Source of the DNA: Ostreococcus lucimarinus
Taxonomy: Eukaryota
NCBI GenBank assembly: GCA_000092065.1
Contig: CP000591.1
Length of the DNA: 64,000 nt
Direction: 5' to 3' (one strand)
Shown here: piece by piece, positions 53,668-63,134 of the stretch
How the letters are laid out: the number at the start of each line of letters is the position of its first letter
Numbering within the stretch: the stretch's first letter is position 1
The notes under the pieces: generated by a model
Database searches by the model: none
What the model saw: the letters and a program-made list of their open reading frames with translations, nothing else
What the model was told of the DNA's origin: nothing
Program-made: the position numbers and the translations under genes

Positions 53668-55407
53668 ATGCGCCACGCGCTCGCCCGCGCGCGCGTCGCC
53701 CTCGCCCGCGCGTCCGCGCGCGCCCCTCGCGCGCGCGCGAGCGTCCGTCGCGTCGTCGCGCTCGCGCCGCCGTCGAATCCGCGCGCGCACGCGCAAAAAT
53801 GTTTCCTCGCGCGCGCCGCGCTCGCGCCGTCGAGGGCGCTCAGACCGACGGCGCGGTCGCGCGCGATGGCGCGAGCGACGTCGAGCGGCGCGCGCGCGCG
53901 CGACGAGGCCGAGGCCGAGGCCGAGGACGAGGACGGGCTGGATGACGAATTCGCGGAGAGCTTTTACGTGGGCGAGACGGAGTGCGCGTGCGACGTCATG
54001 ATCATCGATGAGGACGAACACGAGCCGCGAGTGGTTCGAGAGGAAAACGTGGACGTGAGAACGCTGCGTCGAGAGATGGAGGAAGACGCGATGGCGGTGA
54101 TGACGCTGTTGTTGACGAATGAAGGGAAATCAAAGGCGGTGGCGCGAGCGCGAGGAACGCTGCCAAAGTCGATGTCGCACTGCGAGTTGAGCGTGGCGCT
54201 GTGCTCGGATGAGTACATTCGAAGCTTGAACGCGGGGTATAGAGAGAAAGATAGCGCGACGGATGTTTTGAGCTTTCCTGCGGAGAGTTTCGGGCCGATG
54301 GCAGTGCTCGGGGACGTCATCGTGAGCGTGGACACGGCGAGCGCCCAGGCGCGGGAGGTGGGGCATTCTTTGCGGGATGAGTGCCGAGTTTTGCTCGTGC
54401 ACGGGACTTTACATTTATTAGGTATGGATCACGAAGTCAGCGAAAGCGAGGCGGAGGTAATGGCGGCGGCGGAGCAAGAGGTCTTGAAGGCGCTCGGATG
54501 GAAAGTCACCGGGCTCACGAGACGCGCGTCGGGAGAATCGACGTCCGACTCTTCTTCGACGACGCTCACGACACAGAGAAGTGTGCTCGTGACGGATTTA
54601 GACGGCACGCTATTAAATGAAAATAGTGTCATCACGCCTCGAGTCGCCGATGCTTTGCGCCGGGCGATGGCGTCGGGAGTCGAAGTTGTCGTCGCCACGG
54701 GCAAGGCGAGACCGGCGGCGATTAAAGCCGCCGCCACGCAAGGATTAGACGGCATTATCGTCGGTAAGAACACACCTGGGGTGTTCTTACAAGGTCTAGA
54801 AGTGTACGGTCGAGGCGGTGCTCTGGTCTATGAAGCGAAAATGCCCGAAGACGTCACGAGAGATGCCTTCATGATGATGGATGACGTCGTGCACGACGGA
54901 TTGGCGCTCACGGCGTTTTGTGGCGACAATTGCGCGACGCTTGCGCCGAGCGTACTCTTGGACGAGCTCCACCACACCTATCACGAACCAGCCAGCGAAA
55001 TCGCCGGATCGGTGGATGAGATACTATCCAATAACACCGTTCGTAAACTATTATTAATGGGACCGAGCAAAGAGAGCATTGACGGCGTTCGATCGATTTG
55101 GGAAGCCGCATTCAGGGGTCGAGCGGAGGTCACACAAGCGGTGGCGGATATGCTAGAAATATTACCCCTTGGGAACGATAAGTCAAAGGGCGTTCGAGCC
55201 GTGTTGAAATCCATGGATGTGAATCCGATGACGGACGTTGTCGCCATCGGCGACGGCGAAAACGATGCCGAAATGCTTCGATTCGTCGGTTGCGGCGTCG
55301 CCATGGCGAACGCCACGGAAAAGACAAAAAGCGGTGCCGCACACGTCCTCGATGCTTCAAACACGCAAGACGGTGTCGCGGAAGCGATTGATAGGTTTGT
55401 TTTGTAA
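53668..55407 (+). CDS. YBEY: YbeY endoribonuclease fused to a C-terminal HAD (Cof-type) hydrolase domain, as in plant chloroplast YbeY
   Basis: The YbeY zinc motif is present (LLVHGTLHLLGMDHE). HAD motifs are present (VLVTDLDGTLL in motif I and IGDGENDAEML in motif IV). An N-terminal transit-peptide-like region is also present. Confidence 0.8.
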   Translation: MRHALARARVALARASARAPRARASVRRVVALAPPSNPRAHAQKCFLARAALAPSRALRPTARSRAMARATSSGARARDEAEAEAEDEDGLDDEFAESFYVGETECACDVMIIDEDEHEPRVVREENVDVRTLRREMEEDAMAVMTLLLTNEGKSKAVARARGTLPKSMSHCELSVALCSDEYIRSLNAGYREKDSATDVLSFPAESFGPMAVLGDVIVSVDTASAQAREVGHSLRDECRVLLVHGTLHLLGMDHEVSESEAEVMAAAEQEVLKALGWKVTGLTRRASGESTSDSSSTTLTTQRSVLVTDLDGTLLNENSVITPRVADALRRAMASGVEVVVATGKARPAAIKAAATQGLDGIIVGKNTPGVFLQGLEVYGRGGALVYEAKMPEDVTRDAFMMMDDVVHDGLALTAFCGDNCATLAPSVLLDELHHTYHEPASEIAGSVDEILSNNTVRKLLLMGPSKESIDGVRSIWEAAFRGRAEVTQAVADMLEILPLGNDKSKGVRAVLKSMDVNPMTDVVAIGDGENDAEMLRFVGCGVAMANATEKTKSGAAHVLDASNTQDGVAEAIDRFVL

Positions 55408-55493
55408 AAGTAATAAATGTTCAATGTTTAATCGATGGTGCGCCGCGTTCGCACCGACGAGGGCGCGACAACTGCCACACAATCTGACGCTCC

Positions 55494-56678
55494 ATGCGCG
55501 CGTTGCTCACCTTGATATGCGCACTAGCGCTCGCGCTATGCAACAAGCTCGTCGCCGCGAGTCCTGTGCGCAAACCGTACATCGTCTCGTACGATGGTGC
55601 CGTCGATGAAATCTGTGACGCCCTGGAGTCGACGACGAAGCATATGAATTTTCATTGTCTGTGGCATTTGAAGATAAAATGTCGTCGGCGAATGCGATTC
55701 GCTCGTTTATTTGCCGTGTTTGCCGACGACAAGGAAGTCAACGCACTTCGCACGTGCGTTCCCGCGCTAGATTTCGAAGAAGACGTTGAAGTGTTTTCAC
55801 AAGGCGTGACAACCTGGTCCAGAGACCGTCTGAACGGTAGAGACGGGCTTGATGGTAAGTTGCTTCCTCGCGATCCCCCTGAAGATGGCTATGGGAGCAT
55901 CGTGCACGTTTATCTGCTTGACACGGGTGTGAGAAGGACGCACGTGGAATTCAAAGATCAAGCGTTTGGGCGCGGCGTCGATTTAGTCGACGATGACGCC
56001 GAACCTGATGACTGCGATGGTCACGGTAGTCACGTGGCTTCGACCATCAATCAAATCGCGTATAGCGGCAAGACAGTTCTCCACTCTGTGAGAGTTCTCG
56101 ACTGTAACGGAAATGGTGAGCTCTCGGGGCTGATTGAGGGACTTGAATGGGTGCTCGGTGTGGCGACGCCGTCCGAGCCAGCCGTGGTCAGTTTAGCGCT
56201 CGGAGTGCGAAATGGAATTTGGTCACGCGCACTCGAACGCGTCGTCCAAACGCTCACTGGACGTGGAGTATTCATCGTTTGCGCCGCTGGTAACCAAAAA
56301 GGAGACGCATGCACGATTTCGCCTGGAAACGTCGCGGAGACGCTGACTGTCGCAGCCAGCGATCAAGCAGACGCGCCGTACGCCTATGGAAACTCTGGAA
56401 GGTGCGTTGATTTATTCGCGCCCGGCGTGCAAATTCTCGGTGCATGCGGTGGAAGCACTGCGTGTGAGCATCCAAGCGACACGGCATATGCATTTCAAAG
56501 CGGTACGAGTATGGCGGTCGCGCACGCCGTCGGCGCAGCGACGCGCCTTCTTATGTTTTCCCCACGCATGAGCCCTGAAAATTTGAAGAAGCATCTCACA
56601 TCAACTGCGTCGCGCGACAAAATTCGAGGTGGGTCATTACTCCCAGGAACTCCGAATCTACTGTTGTACGTGAAATAA
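55494..56678 (+). CDS. secreted subtilisin-like serine protease (peptidase S8, proteinase K-like) with signal peptide and I9 propeptide
   Basis: A signal peptide is present (MRALLTLICALALALC). The catalytic triad contexts are present (VYLLDTGV for Asp, DGHGSHVAS for His, GTSMAVAHAVG for Ser). Confidence 0.8.
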   Translation: MRALLTLICALALALCNKLVAASPVRKPYIVSYDGAVDEICDALESTTKHMNFHCLWHLKIKCRRRMRFARLFAVFADDKEVNALRTCVPALDFEEDVEVFSQGVTTWSRDRLNGRDGLDGKLLPRDPPEDGYGSIVHVYLLDTGVRRTHVEFKDQAFGRGVDLVDDDAEPDDCDGHGSHVASTINQIAYSGKTVLHSVRVLDCNGNGELSGLIEGLEWVLGVATPSEPAVVSLALGVRNGIWSRALERVVQTLTGRGVFIVCAAGNQKGDACTISPGNVAETLTVAASDQADAPYAYGNSGRCVDLFAPGVQILGACGGSTACEHPSDTAYAFQSGTSMAVAHAVGAATRLLMFSPRMSPENLKKHLTSTASRDKIRGGSLLPGTPNLLLYVK

Positions 56679-56790
56679 ATCATTATCACATTTGCTCCGC
56701 CGCTAAGCGCACGGCATCGATCGGGATTACGTGAAATAAATCATTATCACATTTGTTCCGCCGCTAAGCGCACGGCATCGATCGGGATTG
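56669..56790. repeat. 61-bp tandem duplication spanning the convergent 3' ends of the S8 and Deg-like protease genes
   Basis: Two adjacent copies of acgtgaaataaatcattatcacatttg(c/t)tccgccgctaagcgcacggcatcgatcgggatt are present. Each copy carries, on the minus strand, the last 13 codons plus stop of the Deg-like gene (IPIDAVRLAAEQM*). Confidence 0.8.
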
Positions 56791-57526
56791 CGAAGTTCAC
56801 GCCTTGCGGATCTCGCTTTTGCGATCCCGCGTACGCGACGACGTTCAATCCAATCACCCGTCCAGCACTATCGCACAACGCGCCCCCACTCGTAAACTCC
56901 GTGACTTGCGCGTCCGTCTGAATCAAACCTTTCAACCCAACCCCGTTCCTGCTCGGAATTTTCCTCTTCAATCCATTAATAGTTCCAGAGCTCAGCACGG
57001 CCGCGCCGTCCTCTTCAAATCCCAACGAGAACGCGCTCTGCCCGACGCGCAAATTATCGCTCGTCCCGATCTTCGCCGCCACGGGCGCGTCCGCACCGAA
57101 ACTGCCAATAGGTACCTTCAAAAACCCAATATCGGTGCTTCTGTTGACGAAATACGATGCGTCTTTATCCAATGCCGCCGCGGCGCCGCTCGCGAGCATC
57201 ACGACCAACTTTTCGTTTTCATTCCCCTTCACCACGCAGTGCGCGTTCGTCGCGATGTAGGCGTACGCATCGTCGATGTACCACACCACACCACTCCCGC
57301 GGCCGCTAATCTCGCCATTGGGCGCGACAACGGCGACGCGCGCGACGCTTTTCGACGTCTCTGCGAACACTCTGGTCGCCGACGTTTCGTCGACGAGCGA
57401 CGCGCGCGCGGGGCGAACGAGGCAGGACGCGAGCAAGGGCGCGATGAACGTATCACGTCGACGTAATGTGGTGCGCGGCGCGGTCGAAGGCGTCGGGGAG
57501 GCGACGGCGACGATTCGGGACATCAA
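56747..57526 (-). CDS. trypsin-like serine protease, Deg/HtrA-type catalytic domain without recognisable PDZ
   Basis: His (ATNAHCV), Asp and Ser (TSGGALCDSAGRVIGLN) contexts of S1C proteases are present. The N-terminus is transit-peptide-like. Confidence 0.7.
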   Translation of the reverse strand: MMSRIVAVASPTPSTAPRTTLRRRDTFIAPLLASCLVRPARASLVDETSATRVFAETSKSVARVAVVAPNGEISGRGSGVVWYIDDAYAYIATNAHCVVKGNENEKLVVMLASGAAAALDKDASYFVNRSTDIGFLKVPIGSFGADAPVAAKIGTSDNLRVGQSAFSLGFEEDGAAVLSSGTINGLKRKIPSRNGVGLKGLIQTDAQVTEFTSGGALCDSAGRVIGLNVVAYAGSQKRDPQGVNFAIPIDAVRLAAEQM

Positions 57527-57618
57527 TCAACGCCGTCGCAGTGTGCGGCAAACGGTGGTGTCGACGTCGTATTAATTTATTCATACAGTAGCACCGTGCT
57601 ACTGTCTGCTAACGTGTC

Positions 57619-59421
57619 CTACGCCGAACCATCACCCCAAGGATCTGAATCTAACTCTTCATCGAATAACTCGTCGTCGTCAATGGTGTCGTCGGCGGGC
57701 GAGGCGGCGTCCTTGAGCTTGCGAGACCACCTCACAGTGGGCGACGCCGAAGACTCCATATTCGCGACGTCGGTGCGAACGATGACGTCGTCGACGTCGT
57801 CGGCGGTCTTGTCGTTGACTCCTAATTCGGGATCAGAATCTTCCGTGGACTCGCCGCCGGAGTCAGAGGCGCTGTCGTACCTACTTTTGCGCGCGCTCCA
57901 GTCGTGCTTGAAATCGCGCGTTCGCACGACTTGCTCTGGGGTGAGCTTACCAGCACTGATGAGCGCCATGCGCGCGGCAGCGAACGCAGATTCACCCGCA
58001 ATTTGATCGCTATGGCCTAGTTCGTACGAAGGTCGATGATCAAAATCTCCGTCGGGGTATTGCGCGCAATCGATGTCCTCGAGCGCGATGTCCTTGCGGA
58101 GTGACGCTTGACGTCGAAATATTGCGTACTTCTCCGATGGCGACAGCGTGAGCTGTGGTCGAGCGCCGATGTTTTCAGGAGTTTCATCGTCGGTGTCCTC
58201 TTTACCTTCCGTCGCGCTGGTAAATAAATCTGCAGACCCGCTCTCGACGTCCCGGTTCATCGACTCTGGCCGAGGTGTCAGCGGTGAATCCTGCGCATCA
58301 TATCTCGACTTCCCGACCACTGCTGCCGCCTTGACGATATTCCCAGTCATTACGCCGTTATCCTTACGCGGGCTCATGAATAGTTTACTCACCGTGCGCT
58401 GCTCGAGCGGAGTCACGAGCGGGGGTCTGCATCCGCAAAGCCGCGGGCACATGTGTTTCCAACAGCAATCCATCGTCTCCTCGGGCGTCTGCACTTCATC
58501 GATGCGTGTGATCAAGAAAGCGGCCGCACACCACCGCACAGTGAGTGCAAATGGGCTAATGACGGTCAAAGAAAAGCCTTGATATAATCCGAAGACGTAT
58601 ATGTACGCCACAAACGTGTTAAACGCGTCGCCGCATCCGTCGGCAGGATTCGCCAAGTGCGCCCAAAGCGAACATACCAAAACGTTCACAAATGAGAACG
58701 CGACGCACGCTTCAAGAAGACGATACTGAGTCAAATTAAACGCATGCGAAGCCTTGATTCCCATCTCGATCAGCTGCTCCTCGTCTTCCAAGTCTTGAAT
58801 TTCCCCGCTCTCGGCGCACATGAAACCGACGTTTTCCGCCGCTTCAAAACTTACCTTCGTCGCCCCTAAAGTCGCCAATCGCAGCGCGATCCCGAGCACG
58901 ATGTCATACGTCAACAGCAACACGAATACCCATATCTGATTGGTCCAAAACCCACCGCTCACGCGAGCGCTCGTTAAATCCGTCAGCACCATAGAAGCCG
59001 CCGCCGTGCTCGCCAACTCCGTCGCCAAGTGCGCGAACCGCCCTCGCTGCGTTATGAACGCCGCGTCGCCAGCGAATATATTCAATATGTCGTGTCGCTC
59101 CTTGATGAAATCCCACCACGGCGTCAGCTTCCCCGTGCGCCAATCGAACACCCCGTACCCCAACAACCGCGCCGCCAAGCACCACGGCACGCTCATCAAC
59201 GGTTTCCTCCTCGGAAACACTCGCTGCGGCGGCGGCCACTTCTTTACCGCCACGATCAAGAACACCACCGCCATGCAAAGCATGACTAGCCACGCGATGA
59301 AGCGCATCCATTCGCCACCGGTGTGATTCGAGCTCGCGTGCGCGGCGTCGCCCCAACAGTGGTCGAGTAAAGACCGCCCGCGGCGCGTCGTGAGCGCGCG
59401 CGCGGCGTCAACGGCGTGCAT
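57619..59421 (-). CDS. hypothetical polytopic membrane protein (600 aa) with acidic Ser/Asp-rich C-terminal tail
   Basis: The track ORF has several predicted TM helices in its first 300 aa and a Cys-rich motif (CCWKHMCPRLCGC). No family was recognised. Confidence 0.45.
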   Translation of the reverse strand: MHAVDAARALTTRRGRSLLDHCWGDAAHASSNHTGGEWMRFIAWLVMLCMAVVFLIVAVKKWPPPQRVFPRRKPLMSVPWCLAARLLGYGVFDWRTGKLTPWWDFIKERHDILNIFAGDAAFITQRGRFAHLATELASTAAASMVLTDLTSARVSGGFWTNQIWVFVLLLTYDIVLGIALRLATLGATKVSFEAAENVGFMCAESGEIQDLEDEEQLIEMGIKASHAFNLTQYRLLEACVAFSFVNVLVCSLWAHLANPADGCGDAFNTFVAYIYVFGLYQGFSLTVISPFALTVRWCAAAFLITRIDEVQTPEETMDCCWKHMCPRLCGCRPPLVTPLEQRTVSKLFMSPRKDNGVMTGNIVKAAAVVGKSRYDAQDSPLTPRPESMNRDVESGSADLFTSATEGKEDTDDETPENIGARPQLTLSPSEKYAIFRRQASLRKDIALEDIDCAQYPDGDFDHRPSYELGHSDQIAGESAFAAARMALISAGKLTPEQVVRTRDFKHDWSARKSRYDSASDSGGESTEDSDPELGVNDKTADDVDDVIVRTDVANMESSASPTVRWSRKLKDAASPADDTIDDDELFDEELDSDPWGDGSA

Positions 59422-59529
59422 GACGCGCGTGTCTGTCGTTTGCGCGTCTTTGAGACTCAGCGCCGCGCCATGCGCGTCCGAAGAAGTGTGTCCTCAAGCG
59501 AAGGAATGCGGCGTCGGCGGGACGCGGCG

Positions 59530-61137
59530 TCAACGCGAGACGCTCGCGAGGAGACGGGACATGTACCGGCTTCCAGGTTTCTCGATCGTGTGATGCGCGA
59601 CGAAAGAGAGCAAAACTAGGAAGAACAAAAACACCAAGACGACTACGTTGGGAAGATTTTGCTTTTCGTCGAAGTTGCGGAAACAATCGGCCCAGACTTT
59701 GATACTCGGCGACGTGCGGTCGCAGGCGGGGAATACGCGCATGGTGTCGTACTCGAGGGCGGCCCAAGAGGTGTAAAGGGGAAGGTGTAGGAGGTACATG
59801 GCGTAAGACCACGTACCGATGGCTTGGGCGACGGGATTCCTGAGGACTTGGACGGTGTATGATTTGCGCGTGACGGTTAAACCGTACAGCCAAAACGCGC
59901 ACGGCGCCGTGAGAAAGAATTCGTTAAAGATGCGCACGTTCTTCGAGTCTGCGACCAAGCCGGATGTAATGACGGAGCCAATCAGCCAAGAAGCGAAGCC
60001 CAATGAGAAGTAATCGGTGAACTTTGCCCAAAATCTCTCAGTTTGAGGTGTCACACCGCGCCGCGCTAAACGCAGACGCATCGCGCCGACAAGCATGCCC
60101 ATGAAGAAGAGCGGTATTCGCACAGGGAACCACGCTCGACCGCAAAAGTATGCGCGCATACCATCCATATCACCATCTAACGCGGTCACGACGACGTGTG
60201 CTCGAGACTCGAAATTCGCGTCACGCCACACATTTCGAAACGCTGGAGAGTTAACAGCGCCCATGACGCCGAGTGGGGCCATGTAGGACGCGTGATAGGC
60301 GTACATAAGATACTTTCGGCAAGACTTTTGAACCGAATCGAAGCGAGAAGATTCAGTACTGGATTTATTTTCGAGATCGTCCGCGATGGGAAAGTCGATC
60401 GCCGCTTTCTCCTCGAATTTGCGCACCAACGCGTTGAGCTTGCGCGTCAGCCACGGAAAGCAAAAGTAATACCCCAGTTGACAACTCAGACTCCAGCACA
60501 CAGAATTCCAGTAGCATAGAGAAAATATCCAAGATTGCATCAATAATGGTGTCAGGACGATGCCCATGATCAGGTTCACCTCACCACTCTTGTTCTGCCA
60601 GAAATTGTAATCCGCCACGATTGTTCTATAATTAAACGCCAGGAACGGCGCGAACCACGCAAGCGCAAACCAATGGAGAGGTAGCACTCGAATGTAGCGC
60701 CGTTTGATGAACTCCCAATACTTGAAGCCTTGTTTTTCTACTTTCTCGTGATACGCAATGTACATGACGAATCCAGTGATGAGAAAAAAGATGCTCACGG
60801 CGACGCCGCCTTGAAAGTCCAAGTACGGCGATTCGCTGTTTCCGTAAAAGAGTAACCAGTGCCCGCATGCGATTTGCAACGCCGTGATGGCGCGCAGACC
60901 GGTGATTGCGCTCGTATCAATCTCATCGACGTTTAATACACGCTGCGCCACAACAGGAGCTCCGCCCGACGCCTCATCCGGGCTCTGATCAACCATCTCC
61001 GCGCGCGGGTTCGGTTGACTCTCTCCTGCGGCGTCGCCGTGAGACTCAGCAGCTGTCATTTCAATCTTATCCTCCGCCACCGTGCGCTCATTGACGTCAT
61101 CGCGTGGACGACGAACGATGAACTTCATCATGGTCAA
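59530..61137 (-). CDS. acyltransferase 3 family (membrane O-acyltransferase, OafA/NRF-like)
   Basis: About 10 TM helices are predicted, with the Acyl_transf_3 N-terminal His motif region (GLRAITALQIACGHWLLF). The true start is probably an internal Met near 61059. Confidence 0.65.
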   Translation of the reverse strand: MTMMKFIVRRPRDDVNERTVAEDKIEMTAAESHGDAAGESQPNPRAEMVDQSPDEASGGAPVVAQRVLNVDEIDTSAITGLRAITALQIACGHWLLFYGNSESPYLDFQGGVAVSIFFLITGFVMYIAYHEKVEKQGFKYWEFIKRRYIRVLPLHWFALAWFAPFLAFNYRTIVADYNFWQNKSGEVNLIMGIVLTPLLMQSWIFSLCYWNSVCWSLSCQLGYYFCFPWLTRKLNALVRKFEEKAAIDFPIADDLENKSSTESSRFDSVQKSCRKYLMYAYHASYMAPLGVMGAVNSPAFRNVWRDANFESRAHVVVTALDGDMDGMRAYFCGRAWFPVRIPLFFMGMLVGAMRLRLARRGVTPQTERFWAKFTDYFSLGFASWLIGSVITSGLVADSKNVRIFNEFFLTAPCAFWLYGLTVTRKSYTVQVLRNPVAQAIGTWSYAMYLLHLPLYTSWAALEYDTMRVFPACDRTSPSIKVWADCFRNFDEKQNLPNVVVLVFLFFLVLLSFVAHHTIEKPGSRYMSRLLASVSR

Positions 61138-62816
61138 GGTCGATACCGCCCGCCGTTGTGTGCCTCCTTCGCTCGGCCTTCCAAAAAAAGACTGGTGGAA
61201 GTCAAAACGTTGTTAACCGTGGCGTACGTTTTCCTCCTGCGATTGCTGTCGACGCGCAAGGCGTTGTAAGATGGCTCCGGACGAGGCATGTCGTCATCAC
61301 TCGACGAAGCTTCAGATGCTGGAGACTGTAACGACGAGTGTGTTCGACGACGTAGCCTTCGCCGTGGGACGTTCTCTACGTCTAACATTCGATTATGCGA
61401 CATCGATGGCTCGACACCGTCGTGATCTGAATCACGGTATCGTGCTGAACACTGAGAGCGAGCGAATAGCACGCAAATGGCGAGCAAGACAACCAAACCG
61501 AGTGCAACAGAACCAGCGATACTTGGTGAAACGCCGAGCCACTTGCGAGCGCGCTTTACGATGTTTCCATCGCCAGAGTCCGTATCATTGAGAGGCGGCG
61601 TCGGCGGAGGCGGGGTTGGAGCCGCGGATGCGCACACACCGAACGCCATGAGTTTGCGTCCCGAAGCCGGTGGAAACGAAAACGGCGAAGCTTGATTTGG
61701 CGGCGGACTCGGCGGCGGACTCGGCGGCGGACTGGGTGGTGGACTGGGTGGCGGACTGGGCGGCGGACTGGGCGGCGGACTGGGCGGCGGACTCGGCGGC
61801 GGACTGGGCGGCGGACTGGGCGGCGGACTGGGTGGTGGACTGGGTGGCGGACTGGGCGGCGGACTGGGCGGCGGACTCGGCGGCGGACTCGGCGGAGGAT
61901 TTGGTGGCGGACTCGGCGGAGGATTTGGTGGCGGACTCGGCGGCGGACTCGGCGACGGACTCGGCGGTGGATTTGGTGGTGGACTCGGCGGTGCATTTGG
62001 TGGCGGACTCGGCGGTGGATTTGGTGGCGGACTCGGCGGTGGATTTGGTGGTGGACTCGGCGGTGAATTTGGTGGCGGACTCGGTGGCGGACTCGGCGGC
62101 GGACTCGGCGGCGGACTCGGCGGCGGATTCGGCGGCGGACTTGTTGGCGACGCCGAAGGCGTTGGTGGAAATTGCGGTAGTGGCGGATTTGGCGGCGGAT
62201 TTGGCGGCGGACTCGGCGGTGGATTTGGTGGTGGACTTGGCGGCGGACTCGGCGGCGGACTCGGCGGCGGACTCGGCGGTGGATTTGGTGGTGGACTCGG
62301 CGGTGGATTTGGTGGCGGACTCGGCGGTGGATTCGATGGTGGACTGGGCGGTGGATTTGGTGGCGGACTCGGCGGTGGATTTGGTGGTGGACTCGGCGGC
62401 GGTGGATTCGGCGGTGGATTTGGTGGCGACGCCGAAGGCGTTGGTGGAAATTGCGGTAGTGGCGGATTCGGCGGCGGACTTGGCGGTGGATTCGGCGGCG
62501 GACTGGGCGGCGGACTTGTCGGTGGACTCGGCGGCGGATTCGGCGGCGGATTCGGCGGTGGATTCGGCAGTGCCACCGCCGTAGGCGGCGGCGGCGCATT
62601 TGTAAGAACACCATCTGACGCACAAATTCCACTATCGCATTGATAGTCCGCAAAACACGGCGCTCCGGCTTCCAAAGCGCGCGCGCTGACGAATGAGAAG
62701 ACGTAAACCGTCGCGACGACGCCGAGACGAAGCCTCCATAAATTCCGCGCACTCCACCGCCGCGACCGTCGTCGACGATCGGCCCTTATCATCAATAAAT
62801 ATACCGACGACTCCAA
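61134..62816 (-). CDS. proline-rich HRGP/extensin-like type I membrane protein with roughly 300-residue (S/N)PPP repeat
   Basis: A hydrophobic N-terminal signal-like segment is followed by a Cys-containing module (CFADYQCDSGICASDG). Long (S/N)PPP repeats come in two blocks, each terminated by the linker LPQFPPTPSASP. A single TM helix (SIAGSVALGLVVLLAICVLF) and a basic cytoplasmic tail follow. The repeat DNA spans about 61690..62590. Confidence 0.6.
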   Translation of the reverse strand: MESSVYLLMIRADRRRRSRRWSARNLWRLRLGVVATVYVFSFVSARALEAGAPCFADYQCDSGICASDGVLTNAPPPPTAVALPNPPPNPPPNPPPSPPTSPPPSPPPNPPPSPPPNPPLPQFPPTPSASPPNPPPNPPPPSPPPNPPPSPPPNPPPSPPSNPPPSPPPNPPPSPPPNPPPSPPPSPPPSPPPSPPPNPPPSPPPNPPPNPPLPQFPPTPSASPTSPPPNPPPSPPPSPPPSPPPSPPPNSPPSPPPNPPPSPPPNPPPSPPPNAPPSPPPNPPPSPSPSPPPSPPPNPPPSPPPNPPPSPPPSPPPSPPPSPPPSPPPSPPPSPPPSPPPSPPPSPPPSPPPSPPPSPPPSPPPSPPPSPPPNQASPFSFPPASGRKLMAFGVCASAAPTPPPPTPPLNDTDSGDGNIVKRARKWLGVSPSIAGSVALGLVVLLAICVLFARSQCSARYRDSDHDGVEPSMSHNRMLDVENVPRRRLRRRTHSSLQSPASEASSSDDDMPRPEPSYNALRVDSNRRRKTYATVNNVLTSTSLFLEGRAKEAHNGGRYRP

Positions 62817-63134
62817 CGCGCGCGCGCGCGCTCGAGCGAGGTGTGTCGTCCGATCAACCGTCCCCGAGCCGACGCCGCTATTTATATCGCCGCGCGCCGC
62901 CTAACATCGTCGCGCGCGATACCTCCCAGGACGTCATCTCGCGCGTCGACGCCCGTCACCGCGCGCGACGCTCGCGGGGTAATTTTAATCGCGCGCACCG
63001 CGCCGTCGACCGACGCGCGCGCGGTCGCGCGCGTCCGATCGTTCGATCGTCCAACCGTCCGACGCTCCGCGCCAACCAACTCACTTCCAACTTCACTTCC
63101 AACTTCACTTCCCGCGCCGCGCGCGCACCGCGGG

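Noticed and set aside
61556-62752. Multiple ORFs in other frames and strands across the HRGP repeat (for example 61556..62752 -, 61585..62625 -, 61670..62584 +)
   Set aside because: They are pure consequences of the perfect CCGCCG-type tandem repeat (R/H-rich, A/S/T-rich, D/W/A-rich translations). Only the PPP frame has a signal peptide, a TM anchor and unique flanks.
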